From: Clostridia bacterium
GTDB taxonomy: Bacteria > Bacillota > Clostridia > Christensenellales > Borkfalkiaceae
Direction: 5' to 3'
Assembly (NCBI GenBank): GCA_017507005.1
Contig: JAFWBT010000019.1
Coordinates: 13,900-77,899, forward strand
DNA length: 64,000 nucleotides
Part shown: piece after piece, positions 30,131 to 39,558 of the stretch
Layout of the letters: each line of letters starts with the position of its first letter
How positions within the stretch are numbered: the stretch's first letter is position 1
Translations under genes and position numbers: made by a program
The notes under the pieces: generated by a model
What the model was told of the DNA's origin: nothing
Seen by the model: the letters and a program-made list of their open reading frames with translations, nothing else
The model's database searches: none

Positions 30131-30166
30131 AAAAAAAATGAGTTCAAACACATTGAACTCATTTTC
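30130..30166. terminator. Bidirectional terminator between the lipoprotein islet and the IS
   Basis: ATGAGTTCAA / TTGAACTCAT 10-bp stem flanked by A8 and T4. Confidence 0.65.
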
Positions 30167-30216
30167 ATGTTTTAAATTTAATAATTAATTATTCTTTTGT
30201 TCAATTATACTATCTA

Positions 30217-30747
30217 TTACCAAACAATAATTTCATTATTCTTATCAAGGGCACCATCCAAGCAATACACCCCGTAATTTCCTGTTTTGTAATCCCAATT
30301 AGAAGCCCTCAAAATCTTCTTCCACTCCGCCATCGTCCCACTATATTTAATACTTACAAGCGTTGAACATTGAGCAAAAGCGCCATTTCCAAAACCTATA
30401 TCAGGGCAACCCATAGTAATAAAACTTAAATTAGAACATTTTCTAAATGCTTCTACTCCGATATGTTCCATCTTTTCAGAAAGAACCAATTCTTCCATAG
30501 TTAAACACCCGCTAAACCCCTTCTTCTCTACCGTTGAAACAATTCGCCCATTAAAAATAGCAGGCAACTCAACTACCCTAGGCACATTCTCAATATTTGT
30601 TGCTTTTACGCTATACGTTCCATCTGCCAATAAAGTATAAGTGTAATATTCATCCTTAACAGTTTCTGGCTTTGAACAATTCACTAAACTTGGTATCAAA
30701 AAAAATATTATTACCGCCAAAATAAATGATTTTATTTTCTTCAACAT
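30217..30747 (-). CDS. Lipoprotein with BspA-type leucine-rich repeats
   Basis: Signal peptide plus lipobox-like LVNC. Repeated F..C..L..I pattern (GFSGCLTMEELVL, EAFRKCSNLSFITM, GAFAQCSTLVSIKY). The gene is AT-rich. Confidence 0.65.
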   Translation of the reverse strand: MLKKIKSFILAVIIFFLIPSLVNCSKPETVKDEYYTYTLLADGTYSVKATNIENVPRVVELPAIFNGRIVSTVEKKGFSGCLTMEELVLSEKMEHIGVEAFRKCSNLSFITMGCPDIGFGNGAFAQCSTLVSIKYSGTMAEWKKILRASNWDYKTGNYGVYCLDGALDKNNEIIVW

Positions 30748-30761
30748 AAAAACCTCCTTAC

Positions 30762-31262
30762 TTAAATCCTTGATAAATTTAATTCTAATTTAATTTTTAT
30801 TTCTTCCCGTTTTGTATATATAAACGGAGCTAAATTTTTAAAGAAACAAACATCTTCAGCATATAAAACTATCTCATATATACCAGCCGACAATAACTCT
30901 GCGTCTTTTCCCATCGAACCTATCGTTTCTATATAGTTTTGACGCTTAAAATTCAATCCATTTATTTCTCCTACCCCCATTTCCCCTGTTAACTCTGCAT
31001 AATGAAAATCGTCTTTCGCTGTGAACGTCATTGTTATTTTTACATCAACATCTTCCGCTCTCTTATCATAATAATAGTCAATCATTTTAAAAACATCATC
31101 TTGATTCCAAATATTATCAGCCGTTTCATAAACAACTTCTTCAATAAAATAGTCAACATAATAAGTATTATCCATCTGCTCTTGCTTACACCCAGCAAAT
31201 AGTAACGTACAAAAACAAATTAAAACAGCTATTATTCCTTTCATTGCGATACCTTTCGACAT
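30762..31262 (-). CDS. Hypothetical lipoprotein
   Basis: Signal peptide with lipobox LFAGC. AT-rich, no recognisable domain. The start may be the ATG at 31244. Confidence 0.55.
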   Translation of the reverse strand: MSKGIAMKGIIAVLICFCTLLFAGCKQEQMDNTYYVDYFIEEVVYETADNIWNQDDVFKMIDYYYDKRAEDVDVKITMTFTAKDDFHYAELTGEMGVGEINGLNFKRQNYIETIGSMGKDAELLSAGIYEIVLYAEDVCFFKNLAPFIYTKREEIKIKLELNLSRI

Positions 31263-31409
31263 TATATTAATCGTTTACTAATGATTTATTAATGATAGAT
31301 TATCAAAAATAATTACGCATGTCAAGTATTTAATAGTTAAAACCGAAAAAAATAAACCCGCCGTTGACTTTGGGCGAGTTTATTCTTTTCGGTTTTTGTT
31401 TTATCCGAC

Positions 31410-31754
31410 TTAAATTCTTTCCTTGACCTTGGCTGCTTTGCCCGTCAAGCCGCGCAGATAATAAAGCTTTGCTCTTCTTACCTTACCCTTCTTAACGACC
31501 GTGATGTGCGCGATCTTCGGGGAGTGAAGAGGATATACCTTTTCTACGCCTACGCCATAAGAAATGTGGCGAACGGTGAAAGTTTCGGAAATGCCGCCGT
31601 TCTTCTTTGCGATTACGACGCCTTCGAAGTTCTGTACTCTTTCTTTGTTGCCTTCGATAATTCTGTAGCCGACCTTAACCGTATCGCCTACTTCGAATGC
31701 AGGAACTTCGGATTTCATGCTTTCAGCGTTGATAGCTTCGATGATTCCTTTCAT
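31410..31754 (-). CDS. rplS: 50S ribosomal protein L19
   Basis: [30 protein letters not shown]...FTVR...[11 protein letters not shown]. Confidence 0.95.
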   Translation of the reverse strand: MKGIIEAINAESMKSEVPAFEVGDTVKVGYRIIEGNKERVQNFEGVVIAKKNGGISETFTVRHISYGVGVEKVYPLHSPKIAHITVVKKGKVRRAKLYYLRGLTGKAAKVKERI

Positions 31755-31855
31755 TTTAGACTTTACCTCCGTTATTTACGAAACGTTCATAACCCGCTGC
31801 GTGATTCCTCATCACGCCCAATAAAAAGGCAGCGGAACGCTCGAAGTCAGCAATC
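31755..31855 (-). promoter_or_regulatory. Structured 5' leader of rplS (possible L19 autoregulatory leader)
   Basis: Roughly 100-nt leader between the promoter and the start. Contains nested hairpins CCGCTGC...GCAGCGG enclosing CGTGAT-GAGG-AATCACG. Assignment to the known Firmicute L19 leader is not verified. Confidence 0.35.
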
Positions 31856-31884
31856 ATTATATACGATTTTTTTATTCTTGGCAA
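31856..31884 (-). promoter_or_regulatory. Sigma-A promoter for rplS
   Basis: Minus strand TTGCCA, 17 nt spacer, TATAAT. Confidence 0.65.
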
Positions 31885-31963
31885 GCGTTTTTGACTATAT
31901 TTTTTAACTTTTTTTGCTTCTTTCGCATTTTCTTTTTCTTAATCCGTTTTTTATTGACAAATA

Positions 31964-31992
31964 AAAACTTTCGCCGTATAATAACCGTATAA
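31964..31992 (+). promoter_or_regulatory. Consensus sigma-A promoter for the CDF transporter gene
   Basis: TTGACA, 17 nt spacer, TATAAT. Confidence 0.65.
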
Positions 31993-32029
31993 CCAAAAAA
32001 ATCGCTAAATAAAGGAAATTTTCGGCGTT

Positions 32030-33196
32030 ATGACCAATCTACTCATTCGTTTATTCGTCGGCAAAAATAAAGACGCTAACGATCCCACTATCCGAGGTAA
32101 ACACGTGTCCTTGGCAGGCTTTACGGGCATTGTCGTCAATATTTTGCTGTTCATCGGAAAGCTCGTCGTCGGTATTTTATCGGCGTCCGTCGCTATCATT
32201 GCCGACGCTTTTAACAACATCTCCGACGCAGGCTCGTCCGTCGTCACCCTTATCGGCTATCGCCTCGCAAACAAGCCCGTCGATAAAGAACACCCCTTGG
32301 GGCACGGACGGCTGGAATACGTGTCGGGCTTTATCGTCGATATGCTGATTATCCTCGTCGGGTTCGAGCTGTTCAAAACTTCCATAAATAAAATAATCAC
32401 GCCCGCGCTCCCGCACGTAGGGACGATTACCCTCGTTCTCTTGGGCGTGGCGATTCTCGTAAAAGTGTGGCTGTTCGTTTTCTATCGCAAAATCGCGAGA
32501 ATCACGCAATCGTCCGCTGTTAAAGCGGCGTCTTTCGACAGCCTTACCGACTGTATCGCTACTTCGCTCGTCCTTATTTCCGCACTCGTCGCGAGATACG
32601 CAGGGCTTGCAATCGACGGCTGGGCAGGTATTTTCGTGGCGGCGTTTATCCTTTTCGCAGGCATCAAAGCGGCGAAAGAAACCATCGACCTTTTGCTCGG
32701 TTCGCCCCCCGATCCTGCGTTTATCGAGGACATTTACGAGTTTGTAAAAGACTATCCGCGCCTTGTCGGTATTCACGACGTTATGGTGCACGACTACGGT
32801 CCGGGCAGACAAATCGTATCTTTCCACGCCGAAGTCCCCTCCGATTCCGACATCAATATCGCGCACGAGGAAGTGGACACGTTAGAACGAGATATGCACG
32901 AAAAATTCGGCTGTATCGTGACGGTACACCTCGATCCTATCGTCGTCAACGATCCCCTCGTCAACGAACTGCGCGAGTTGGCGCAAAACGCGGCGAAAGA
33001 AGTCGATCCTGCGTTCTCGATACACGATTTTCGTATGACCATGGGCGAGACGAACGTAAATCTTATCTTCGATTTGTTGCTCCCTGCCGATTGTAAAATG
33101 AACGCGGAAGAGGCGGAAAACGCCGTTGCCGATAAGATTCGCCAACACCGCCCGAATTGTTTTTGCGTTATCCGCGCAGAACATCCCTTCATTTAA
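32030..33196 (+). CDS. Cation diffusion facilitator (CDF) family transporter
   Basis: Six TM helices with SVAIIADAFNNISD and DSLTD motifs, plus a C-terminal cytoplasmic domain (VHDVMVHDYGPGR..., VTVHLDP). Confidence 0.88.
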   Translation: MTNLLIRLFVGKNKDANDPTIRGKHVSLAGFTGIVVNILLFIGKLVVGILSASVAIIADAFNNISDAGSSVVTLIGYRLANKPVDKEHPLGHGRLEYVSGFIVDMLIILVGFELFKTSINKIITPALPHVGTITLVLLGVAILVKVWLFVFYRKIARITQSSAVKAASFDSLTDCIATSLVLISALVARYAGLAIDGWAGIFVAAFILFAGIKAAKETIDLLLGSPPDPAFIEDIYEFVKDYPRLVGIHDVMVHDYGPGRQIVSFHAEVPSDSDINIAHEEVDTLERDMHEKFGCIVTVHLDPIVVNDPLVNELRELAQNAAKEVDPAFSIHDFRMTMGETNVNLIFDLLLPADCKMNAEEAENAVADKIRQHRPNCFCVIRAEHPFI

Positions 33197-33260
33197 AAAT
33201 TTTTATAAAATCGTATGAAAAAAGCTCGGTTTTTTGCCGAGCTTTTTTTGTTTTTTGAGG

Positions 33261-33602
33261 TTACGAGTTCAAAATCTCGTCGCTGAGCGCGAGGATTTTT
33301 TTGCCGTATTTTTTCTTCTGTTTTTCCACGATAAATTTGTAGATAGAGTAGTTCACCGCGACCATGCCTATGCCCAACAGCCCGATTACAACGCCAAGGG
33401 GCATCATATTTCCAATCACTTTCATTGCCAAGCACATACCTGTGCCGAGCACCAAAGAGCCAACGACGCCAAAGGAGTAGGCAAAGATTTCCGCAGGGCG
33501 TTTCACCTTTCTATCCAATGCTACGAGCTCGTCAATTTTGTTTTTCTTTTTTTCTACGTATTGTTCGCGGATATTTTCCGCAATTTTTTGATTATTGTTC
33601 AT
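33261..33602 (-). CDS. Small two-TM protein, paralog 1
   Basis: 113 aa. Charged N-terminal helix, two Gly-rich TM helices, C-terminal KKKYGKKILALSDEIL. Clear paralog of 34913-35299. Confidence 0.6.
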   Translation of the reverse strand: MNNNQKIAENIREQYVEKKKNKIDELVALDRKVKRPAEIFAYSFGVVGSLVLGTGMCLAMKVIGNMMPLGVVIGLLGIGMVAVNYSIYKFIVEKQKKKYGKKILALSDEILNS

Positions 33603-33726
33603 AACAATATCTCCTTTTCGTTTTTATTTGTAATGGTATTATACGAAAAGGATATTGCCAAAAAAACAAAATTCCGTAAACGTTTTGAAAAGGTTTTGTT
33701 AATATTTTGTAAAAAACACGAAATAT

Positions 33727-33757
33727 AAAAAAACTGTCCCATTACGGGACAGTTTTC
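33727..33757. terminator. Bidirectional terminator
   Basis: ACTGTCCC / GGGACAGT stem flanked by A6 and T4. Confidence 0.65.
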
Positions 33758-33774
33758 TTTCCTTCCACAGCTAT

Positions 33775-34533
33775 TTATTTTTCTTCGACATCTTTCAAAA
33801 ATTCTTCCTTTTTCTTTTCGTACGTCTCTTCCGTAATGATGCCGCTTTCATATAATTCACGATATTTCAACAATTCGTCCGCCGAATCCACAGCCGTTTT
33901 CTGCTTAGCAAACATTTTCAGTTCAAACGTATCAGGGAGATATTTTTCCGCCGCGAAATATGCGATTTCAAAAATCAACAGGAATACAAAATACAAATAC
34001 GAGCTACTCTCTGCCGTCACGAACGTAATCTCGCCAGTTCCGTAAATATCCCCTTGTTCCTGCACGTACAAGGCAACGTCCGTACCCAAATTCCATTCCA
34101 AGACCGCTACGATAAGACAAGCCACAAACAAAACTTTCACCGTTATTTCCACGAATTTTTCATCCTTTTTCAATACGGCATAAATAAAAATTGCAATACC
34201 GCCAGCAACTACCAACACGTGAAGCCACGCTACGAGCTGCATCATATCAATCTTCCCATCTAAAATTTCATAATAAGTATCCGCAAAAGCACACTTAAAA
34301 GCATTCGTCGAACCCGTTTCGCCCGTAATCAAAAAGTTCATTTCCACGTAATTAAAAAACAAGGAAATAAACCCGATAAACAACATACCTGCGGCAATCG
34401 CGCATAAAATCCAACGCTTTGAATTAAATTCTTTATACGATTGAACGTACGTCTTTTGTTTCTTGCCCTTCACAACTCCTTGATTTTCTCTTTTGTCTTC
34501 CATTTTCAACCTCGCTTTATTTATTTTTGACAT
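33775..34533 (-). CDS. Four-TM membrane protein with a C-terminal SHOCT domain
   Basis: C-terminal ELLKYRELYESGIITEETYEKKKEEFL fits the SHOCT pattern. The more likely start is the ATG at 34503 (GAGG upstream). Confidence 0.65.
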   Translation of the reverse strand: MSKINKARLKMEDKRENQGVVKGKKQKTYVQSYKEFNSKRWILCAIAAGMLFIGFISLFFNYVEMNFLITGETGSTNAFKCAFADTYYEILDGKIDMMQLVAWLHVLVVAGGIAIFIYAVLKKDEKFVEITVKVLFVACLIVAVLEWNLGTDVALYVQEQGDIYGTGEITFVTAESSSYLYFVFLLIFEIAYFAAEKYLPDTFELKMFAKQKTAVDSADELLKYRELYESGIITEETYEKKKEEFLKDVEEK

Positions 34534-34546
34534 TTAGTAAATGTCA
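34528..34546. promoter_or_regulatory. Perfect palindrome in the divergent XRE/SHOCT intergenic region (candidate operator)
   Basis: TGACATTT-AGT-AAATGTCA. The half-site AGTAAATGTCA recurs at 34587-34597. Confidence 0.55.
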
Positions 34547-34621
34547 TTTTGTTTATTTTAACATACTATAATATAATTTGTCAAGCAGTAAATGTCAAAA
34601 AATTATATTAGTGAGGAAAAA

Positions 34622-34867
34622 ATGTTTAAAAATCGAGCTATTGATGGAAAAAACAATCTTTGTGGCGAAAAAATATTTATTTTAAGGAAAAATGCAAATC
34701 CAAAAATGTCCCAAAGGATTTTAGCAGAAAAATGTCAGTTGTTGGGAATCGATTTAGACAAAAATGCTATTCAACGGATAGAAAGTGGACAGCGATTCGT
34801 TACAGATATCGAAATCGTCTGCTTATGCAAAATATTCAAAATTTCTGTTGACGAACTATTATCTTAA
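34622..34867 (+). CDS. XRE-family helix-turn-helix transcriptional regulator
   Basis: MSQRILAEKCQLLGIDLDKNAIQRIESGQR...ICKIFKISVDELL. GAGG RBS before the ATG at 34622; the ORF-track ATG at 34592 lacks an RBS. Confidence 0.75.
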   Translation: MFKNRAIDGKNNLCGEKIFILRKNANPKMSQRILAEKCQLLGIDLDKNAIQRIESGQRFVTDIEIVCLCKIFKISVDELLS

Positions 34868-34912
34868 AATATTACCCCCTCGGCGCGTGGTCGTTCGCCG
34901 AGGGGGATTTGT

Positions 34913-35299
34913 TTATTCCTCTTTTTCTTTTAATATATCTTCGGACAATTTTAAAATTTCTTTGCCGTATTTTTTCTTGCCCCGCGCAAACAAACGCAGG
35001 TACGCGGGATAGGCAAGCCCTACGGGTATCAGCCCGATTGCCGATATTAAAACGCCCCACTCCATCTTCCCAAATTCGAGCGTCAATGCCAAGCCCAATC
35101 CAAAAATCAGCGTACCGACAATCCCAAGACTAAGGCTCGTGATAATAGCAGGCTGTTTCGCTTTTTTATCCAATTCTTTCAGCCGTTGCAGCTTGTCCTT
35201 AGCGTTATCCGTCGGCAAATACCGTTTACGGATTTCCTCCGCTTCTTTGCGCTCCGCTTTCGTCGGCGCAGCGTAGGTATATTCAAATTTTTCGTTCAT
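34913..35299 (-). CDS. Small two-TM protein, paralog 2
   Basis: 128 aa with the same architecture and C-terminal KKKYGKEILKLSEDIL as 33261-33602. Overlaps the upstream gene by 17 nt. Confidence 0.6.
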   Translation of the reverse strand: MNEKFEYTYAAPTKAERKEAEEIRKRYLPTDNAKDKLQRLKELDKKAKQPAIITSLSLGIVGTLIFGLGLALTLEFGKMEWGVLISAIGLIPVGLAYPAYLRLFARGKKKYGKEILKLSEDILKEKEE

Positions 35300-36224
35300 T
35301 TTCTCGTTCTCCGTTCCGTATTTTTCGTTTTTTCAACAGCGTCGTCGCACGTATCACCATATACAAGCCTAGTGTGAACACCACCGCGCACACCGCCGCG
35401 CCCGTCAAGGCGTTGGCAAAGCCCGTGTCCGCGCCCTCAGAAAAAGCTGCGAACATTGCCGTTTGCAGGGCGAGCACCGACACCGTTGCGTCGGCAAGAT
35501 TGACGTTACGTATCGCTTGGATACTGAAATCGCGATAGTGTTTCGCCTTTACCATATTGATAATCGCCATCGTTATCTTATAAAAGGTGTACGTCGCCGC
35601 CACGTATATCATCAAACCAGGTTTTTCAAAGCCTGCGCCCAGCTTCACCATTTGCAGAATCGCCGCCGACAGCGCCATAATCGTAATCATCAACAAAACG
35701 CCGCTCGTGCGGTATTTCCTTAAATCGGTGTCCAACTGTCTTTCCTTGCCACGGTGCTTGCCGTGGTAGAGCAAAATTCCGCCGCGCATACACGCAAGGA
35801 AGATATAATACGTCGCGAGCGCGCCATACCACACCGAGCTAGGTGAGCGGAACACCACCGCAATCACGCCGTTATATACGCCGTACAGCACCGTTAACGC
35901 CAGCGAGCCGATAGAAAACAGCAGCGTACGAAAGCCGTAATTTTTTAAAAGCTTGCTCGTCAACGGTCTGCTGAGCAATCGCTCAGTAATCCAACCTTTC
36001 CACCGCGGAACGTACAGGATAAGCCCGTACACGGTATACCCAAGCGACACCGCCGACAAACCAAACAGCGCATACACAAGGACGGCTATCGCCGTAGCCT
36101 CGTAATCGATTAAAAGCATCAAAAGTGAGCCTGACGCGAGCAAAAGAGTGAGCACGCACGACAGCGCAAAAAGCCCTGCGCTTGGTCTTTTCAGTTTTTC
36201 AAAAATTCTTTGCCAAAAAACCAT
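35283..36224 (-). CDS. Polytopic membrane protein of unknown function
   Basis: 313 aa with 6-7 hydrophobic helices. Starts 2 nt after the histidine kinase stop. Confidence 0.6.
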   Translation of the reverse strand: MVFWQRIFEKLKRPSAGLFALSCVLTLLLASGSLLMLLIDYEATAIAVLVYALFGLSAVSLGYTVYGLILYVPRWKGWITERLLSRPLTSKLLKNYGFRTLLFSIGSLALTVLYGVYNGVIAVVFRSPSSVWYGALATYYIFLACMRGGILLYHGKHRGKERQLDTDLRKYRTSGVLLMITIMALSAAILQMVKLGAGFEKPGLMIYVAATYTFYKITMAIINMVKAKHYRDFSIQAIRNVNLADATVSVLALQTAMFAAFSEGADTGFANALTGAAVCAVVFTLGLYMVIRATTLLKKRKIRNGERENERKI

Positions 36225-36225
36225 T

Positions 36226-37272
36226 TTACACCACTGCGTCCTTTAACACGACGGTAAACGCACTGCCCTTGCCCTCTTCACTTTGCACGGAAATCTCACC
36301 GCCTAAAACGTCGATGACTTTTTTCACGAGCGCAAGCCCCAGCCCGTTTCCTTCTTTTGCGTGCGAGGTGTCCCCTTGATAAAATTTATCAAAGATATGC
36401 TTCCCCGTTTCCGCGGAAATTCCACAGCCGTTATCCTCTACGCAAACGACGGCGTTTTTACCCTCTTTTTTACACGTCAACGCAACCCTGCCCCCCTCGT
36501 TTGTGAATTTTATCGCGTTGGAAAGCAGGTTGGAAAAAACAATTTCTAAATAACTTTTCGACGAATACACCTCCATTTCGTCGAGGGACACGTCGAGCGT
36601 CAACGCCTTTTTTTCAATCAGTTCTTCCAAGGCGATTACGCGCTCTGCCAAGCACTCGTCCAAGCTAAATTTGGACAGCTCAGGTAAGAGTTTTTGATTT
36701 TCCAGCTTGTTGAGTTTTAAGATATTCGTGACGAGGTCGCTCAGGCGTTTGGACGCCTGCACGAGGATATCGCAATATTTTTTCCGCAATTCCTCATCCA
36801 AATCTTCCTTTTTCAACAGCTCGGCATAGCTGTGGATAATGGACAACGGCGTTTTCAATTCATGCGAGACATTGGAGATAAAATCACTCTTTAACACTTC
36901 CGATTTCCGCAGCTCCGCCGCCATTAGGTTGATATTTTCCTTGATTTCGTCGTACTGGTCGTAATTTTCATAATGGTGCTCCGTTTGCAAGCGCACCGAA
37001 AAGTCCCCTGCCGCGATGCGCTCGGTTGCCGACAAAATCTGTTCGGTGGGCTTGTCCACCGTGATACGCCGACGAATTACGTCCGCTATCGTGAATATGA
37101 TTGCCAAAAACACGACGACGAGCAACATCACGAGCGCAATTGTGCCAAGCGACGCGCCTCGCTGTTCCAACCGCCCGTACGCGAACAAGGCAAACGTTAC
37201 CGACACCGCACTGGTGAGCAAAAATAATAAAAATCCCGTCGCCACCGTCATCACTGCATTCTTGCGTTTCAT
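36226..37272 (-). CDS. Sensor histidine kinase
   Basis: Two N-terminal TM helices, H-box SHELKTPL, N box SNAIKFT, G boxes DNGCGI and GNGLGL. Confidence 0.9.
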   Translation of the reverse strand: MKRKNAVMTVATGFLLFLLTSAVSVTFALFAYGRLEQRGASLGTIALVMLLVVVFLAIIFTIADVIRRRITVDKPTEQILSATERIAAGDFSVRLQTEHHYENYDQYDEIKENINLMAAELRKSEVLKSDFISNVSHELKTPLSIIHSYAELLKKEDLDEELRKKYCDILVQASKRLSDLVTNILKLNKLENQKLLPELSKFSLDECLAERVIALEELIEKKALTLDVSLDEMEVYSSKSYLEIVFSNLLSNAIKFTNEGGRVALTCKKEGKNAVVCVEDNGCGISAETGKHIFDKFYQGDTSHAKEGNGLGLALVKKVIDVLGGEISVQSEEGKGSAFTVVLKDAVV

Positions 37273-37940
37273 TTCAGCACCGCCTTATACCCAAGCCCGT
37301 GCACGGTGACGATTTCAAAGCCGTCGCAGGCGGACGTTTTTTCACGCAGTTTCGCCATATACACGTCCACCGTACGCGACGTTGCCGACGAATCGTAGTC
37401 CCAAAATTCCGCCATCAATGCCGAGCGGGTGAACGTCTTTTTTGGATAGGAAAGCAACTTAAACAATAGGTCGAATTCACGCACCGTCAAAGGCAATTCC
37501 TCACCTGAAAGGTACGCCGTGTGTTCTTCCTCATTCATAGTAAGATTGCCCACGACGAGCCGTTTACTCTCGGCAATCCCCGCGCGACGGAGCAAAGCCG
37601 CCACTTTCAGCATAAACACGTCCATATCGAAAGGCTTGACAACGTAATCGTCCACACCCAGCTTATAGGCGTACATTTTCGAGGGCTTGTCGTCCTTTGC
37701 CGTCATAAACAAAATAGGCGTTTGCACGTCCGTCGTCCGCACCGCTTCCGCCAGTGCAAAACCGTCCACGTTCGGCATCATAATATCGCTGATAATCATG
37801 GCAAAGCTATCGTTTTCGAGCGCGCGCAACGCCTCCGCGCCGTCACAGCACGCCGTCGGAGCATAGCCGTTGTCCCGAAGATAGGTGCATACTAGCCCGT
37901 TAATTGCCTTATCGTCTTCCACCACCAATATTTTTTGCAT
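37269..37940 (-). CDS. OmpR-family response regulator
   Basis: Receiver domain (ILVVEDD, ISDIMMP, KP) plus a winged-helix output domain (LTVREFDLL...VHGLGYK). 4-nt overlap with the kinase gene. Confidence 0.9.
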   Translation of the reverse strand: MQKILVVEDDKAINGLVCTYLRDNGYAPTACCDGAEALRALENDSFAMIISDIMMPNVDGFALAEAVRTTDVQTPILFMTAKDDKPSKMYAYKLGVDDYVVKPFDMDVFMLKVAALLRRAGIAESKRLVVGNLTMNEEEHTAYLSGEELPLTVREFDLLFKLLSYPKKTFTRSALMAEFWDYDSSATSRTVDVYMAKLREKTSACDGFEIVTVHGLGYKAVLK

Positions 37941-38148
37941 GACTTTACCTGCCCTTTCGTCCTTTCTACTATTATTTATACCACGTTACTGTTGAAAAAT
38001 CGTTGAGAATTTGTTAAATTTTTGTAAAAGTACGCGTTTTTTATGTCCTTCCCGCTGATAACAACGCTATTGAACGTCAACGACGGAGAAAATCGTCGAT
38101 AACGGAAAGAAACGCCCCGAAGTCAACTCGGAGCGTTTTTCCATACGT

Positions 38149-38730
38149 TTATTCTTTAATGCCCACGTGGCGCAAGGTGTAGCGATCGACGTATTTATCG
38201 AGCAACGCAATCGCTTCCTCGGCGCTCTCCACGCCGTACACTTTATCTTCGGGGATATCGGGATAGCGAATATCGCTAGCAATGCGCGTATCCGCTAATT
38301 TTTCGCTCCAACCGCCCGTGTTTTTAAAGGCGATAATCAGCCGTTTAAACGACCAAGCAAAGGCGTATTCGCACAACGTACCAGCGCCGCCACCCACGCC
38401 GATTACCGCGTACGCGTTGGCAACGATAGCGTTACGCATAGCGTCCAAGCCCGTCGGAATAACGACGTCGGCGTATTCGTTCGCCATTTCCGAATCAAAG
38501 GACGGGATAATCGCCACGGTATCCCCCTCGCGGTAGTTTTTCGAGGCGCGCGCGCCTTCCATTGCCGCTTCCATAACGCCGTAAACGCCACCCGTCAATA
38601 CGCGATAGCCGTTATCGACGAGTGCTTTGCCGATTTCGTACGCCATTTGATAGCGCACACTGCCTTTTTCAATCTTTTTGTTACCGATTACGGCAACGAT
38701 TTTTCTTCTTTCTACTTTTTTATTTTCCAT
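38149..38730 (-). CDS. TIGR00725/LOG-like (SLOG fold) protein
   Basis: VIGNKK..., GGVYGVMEAAMEGA, VIGVGGGAGTLCE pattern. Confidence 0.75.
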   Translation of the reverse strand: MENKKVERRKIVAVIGNKKIEKGSVRYQMAYEIGKALVDNGYRVLTGGVYGVMEAAMEGARASKNYREGDTVAIIPSFDSEMANEYADVVIPTGLDAMRNAIVANAYAVIGVGGGAGTLCEYAFAWSFKRLIIAFKNTGGWSEKLADTRIASDIRYPDIPEDKVYGVESAEEAIALLDKYVDRYTLRHVGIKE

Positions 38731-38876
38731 ATTTTCCCTCCTCTCGTCCGCCTTTCCAACGAACGACGCGTTAAAAATTATTTCTCTTATATACTATACG
38801 CTTTTTTATAAAAAACGTACCTCGTATTCCTCGATAAAACGCGTGTTTTTGGGAAAGCTATTGCCTATATGCCGCC

Positions 38877-39494
38877 TCAACGAATAAAATTCGTCATAAT
38901 CTTGCGTTCTCTTTCCGGCGCAAGCCCCGCGTCTTTACCCATTTGAATACATTTTATCAGCCAAGCCATATTGTTGCCCAAAATACGCATAGTTTGCAAG
39001 CCCTCTTCGTCCTGCAACACTTCTTCCGCGCTGTTTCCGTGCACTTCGTTCCAATAATTCGAGCCGACGATTTGCATATTATTTATCGTGAAATATTTAT
39101 TGATGACGTCAAACGTCGTGCTTGCGCCTGCGCGACGACAGCTCACCACCGCCGCAGCCGGTTTGTAGGCAAGATTTTTGCCGCCGCTATAAAATACTCT
39201 ATCCATAAAGCTGACCAGCGCGCCCGACGCCGACGCGTAATACACGGGAGAACCGAATACGTAGCCGTCAAATTCCGCCGCTTTTTCCACAAACTCGTTC
39301 ACGCCGTCGTCCATAACGCATTTTTTCAGTTTTTTACAAGCCCAACAACCCTTGCAGCCGCTCACTTGATTTTGTCCAATCCAATAAATTTCCGTTTCAA
39401 TGCCGTTGGCTTGCAGAGCCTTTTCCACCTCGCAAAGCGCCGTGTACGTACAGCCTTTTTCGTGCAAACTGCCGTTGACAAGTAATACCTTCAT
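38877..39494 (-). CDS. Flavodoxin-like NAD(P)H-dependent FMN reductase / iron-sulfur flavoprotein family
   Basis: MKVLLVNGSLHEKGCTY, CxxCxxC-like CKGCWACKKLKKC, GSPVYYASASG. Confidence 0.8.
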   Translation of the reverse strand: MKVLLVNGSLHEKGCTYTALCEVEKALQANGIETEIYWIGQNQVSGCKGCWACKKLKKCVMDDGVNEFVEKAAEFDGYVFGSPVYYASASGALVSFMDRVFYSGGKNLAYKPAAAVVSCRRAGASTTFDVINKYFTINNMQIVGSNYWNEVHGNSAEEVLQDEEGLQTMRILGNNMAWLIKCIQMGKDAGLAPERERKIMTNFIR

Positions 39495-39558
39495 ATTCCG
39501 TTCTCCTTTGAGATTTTTTCTTGATTTTATTGATTTTTTTGATAATTTATTCGATTTC

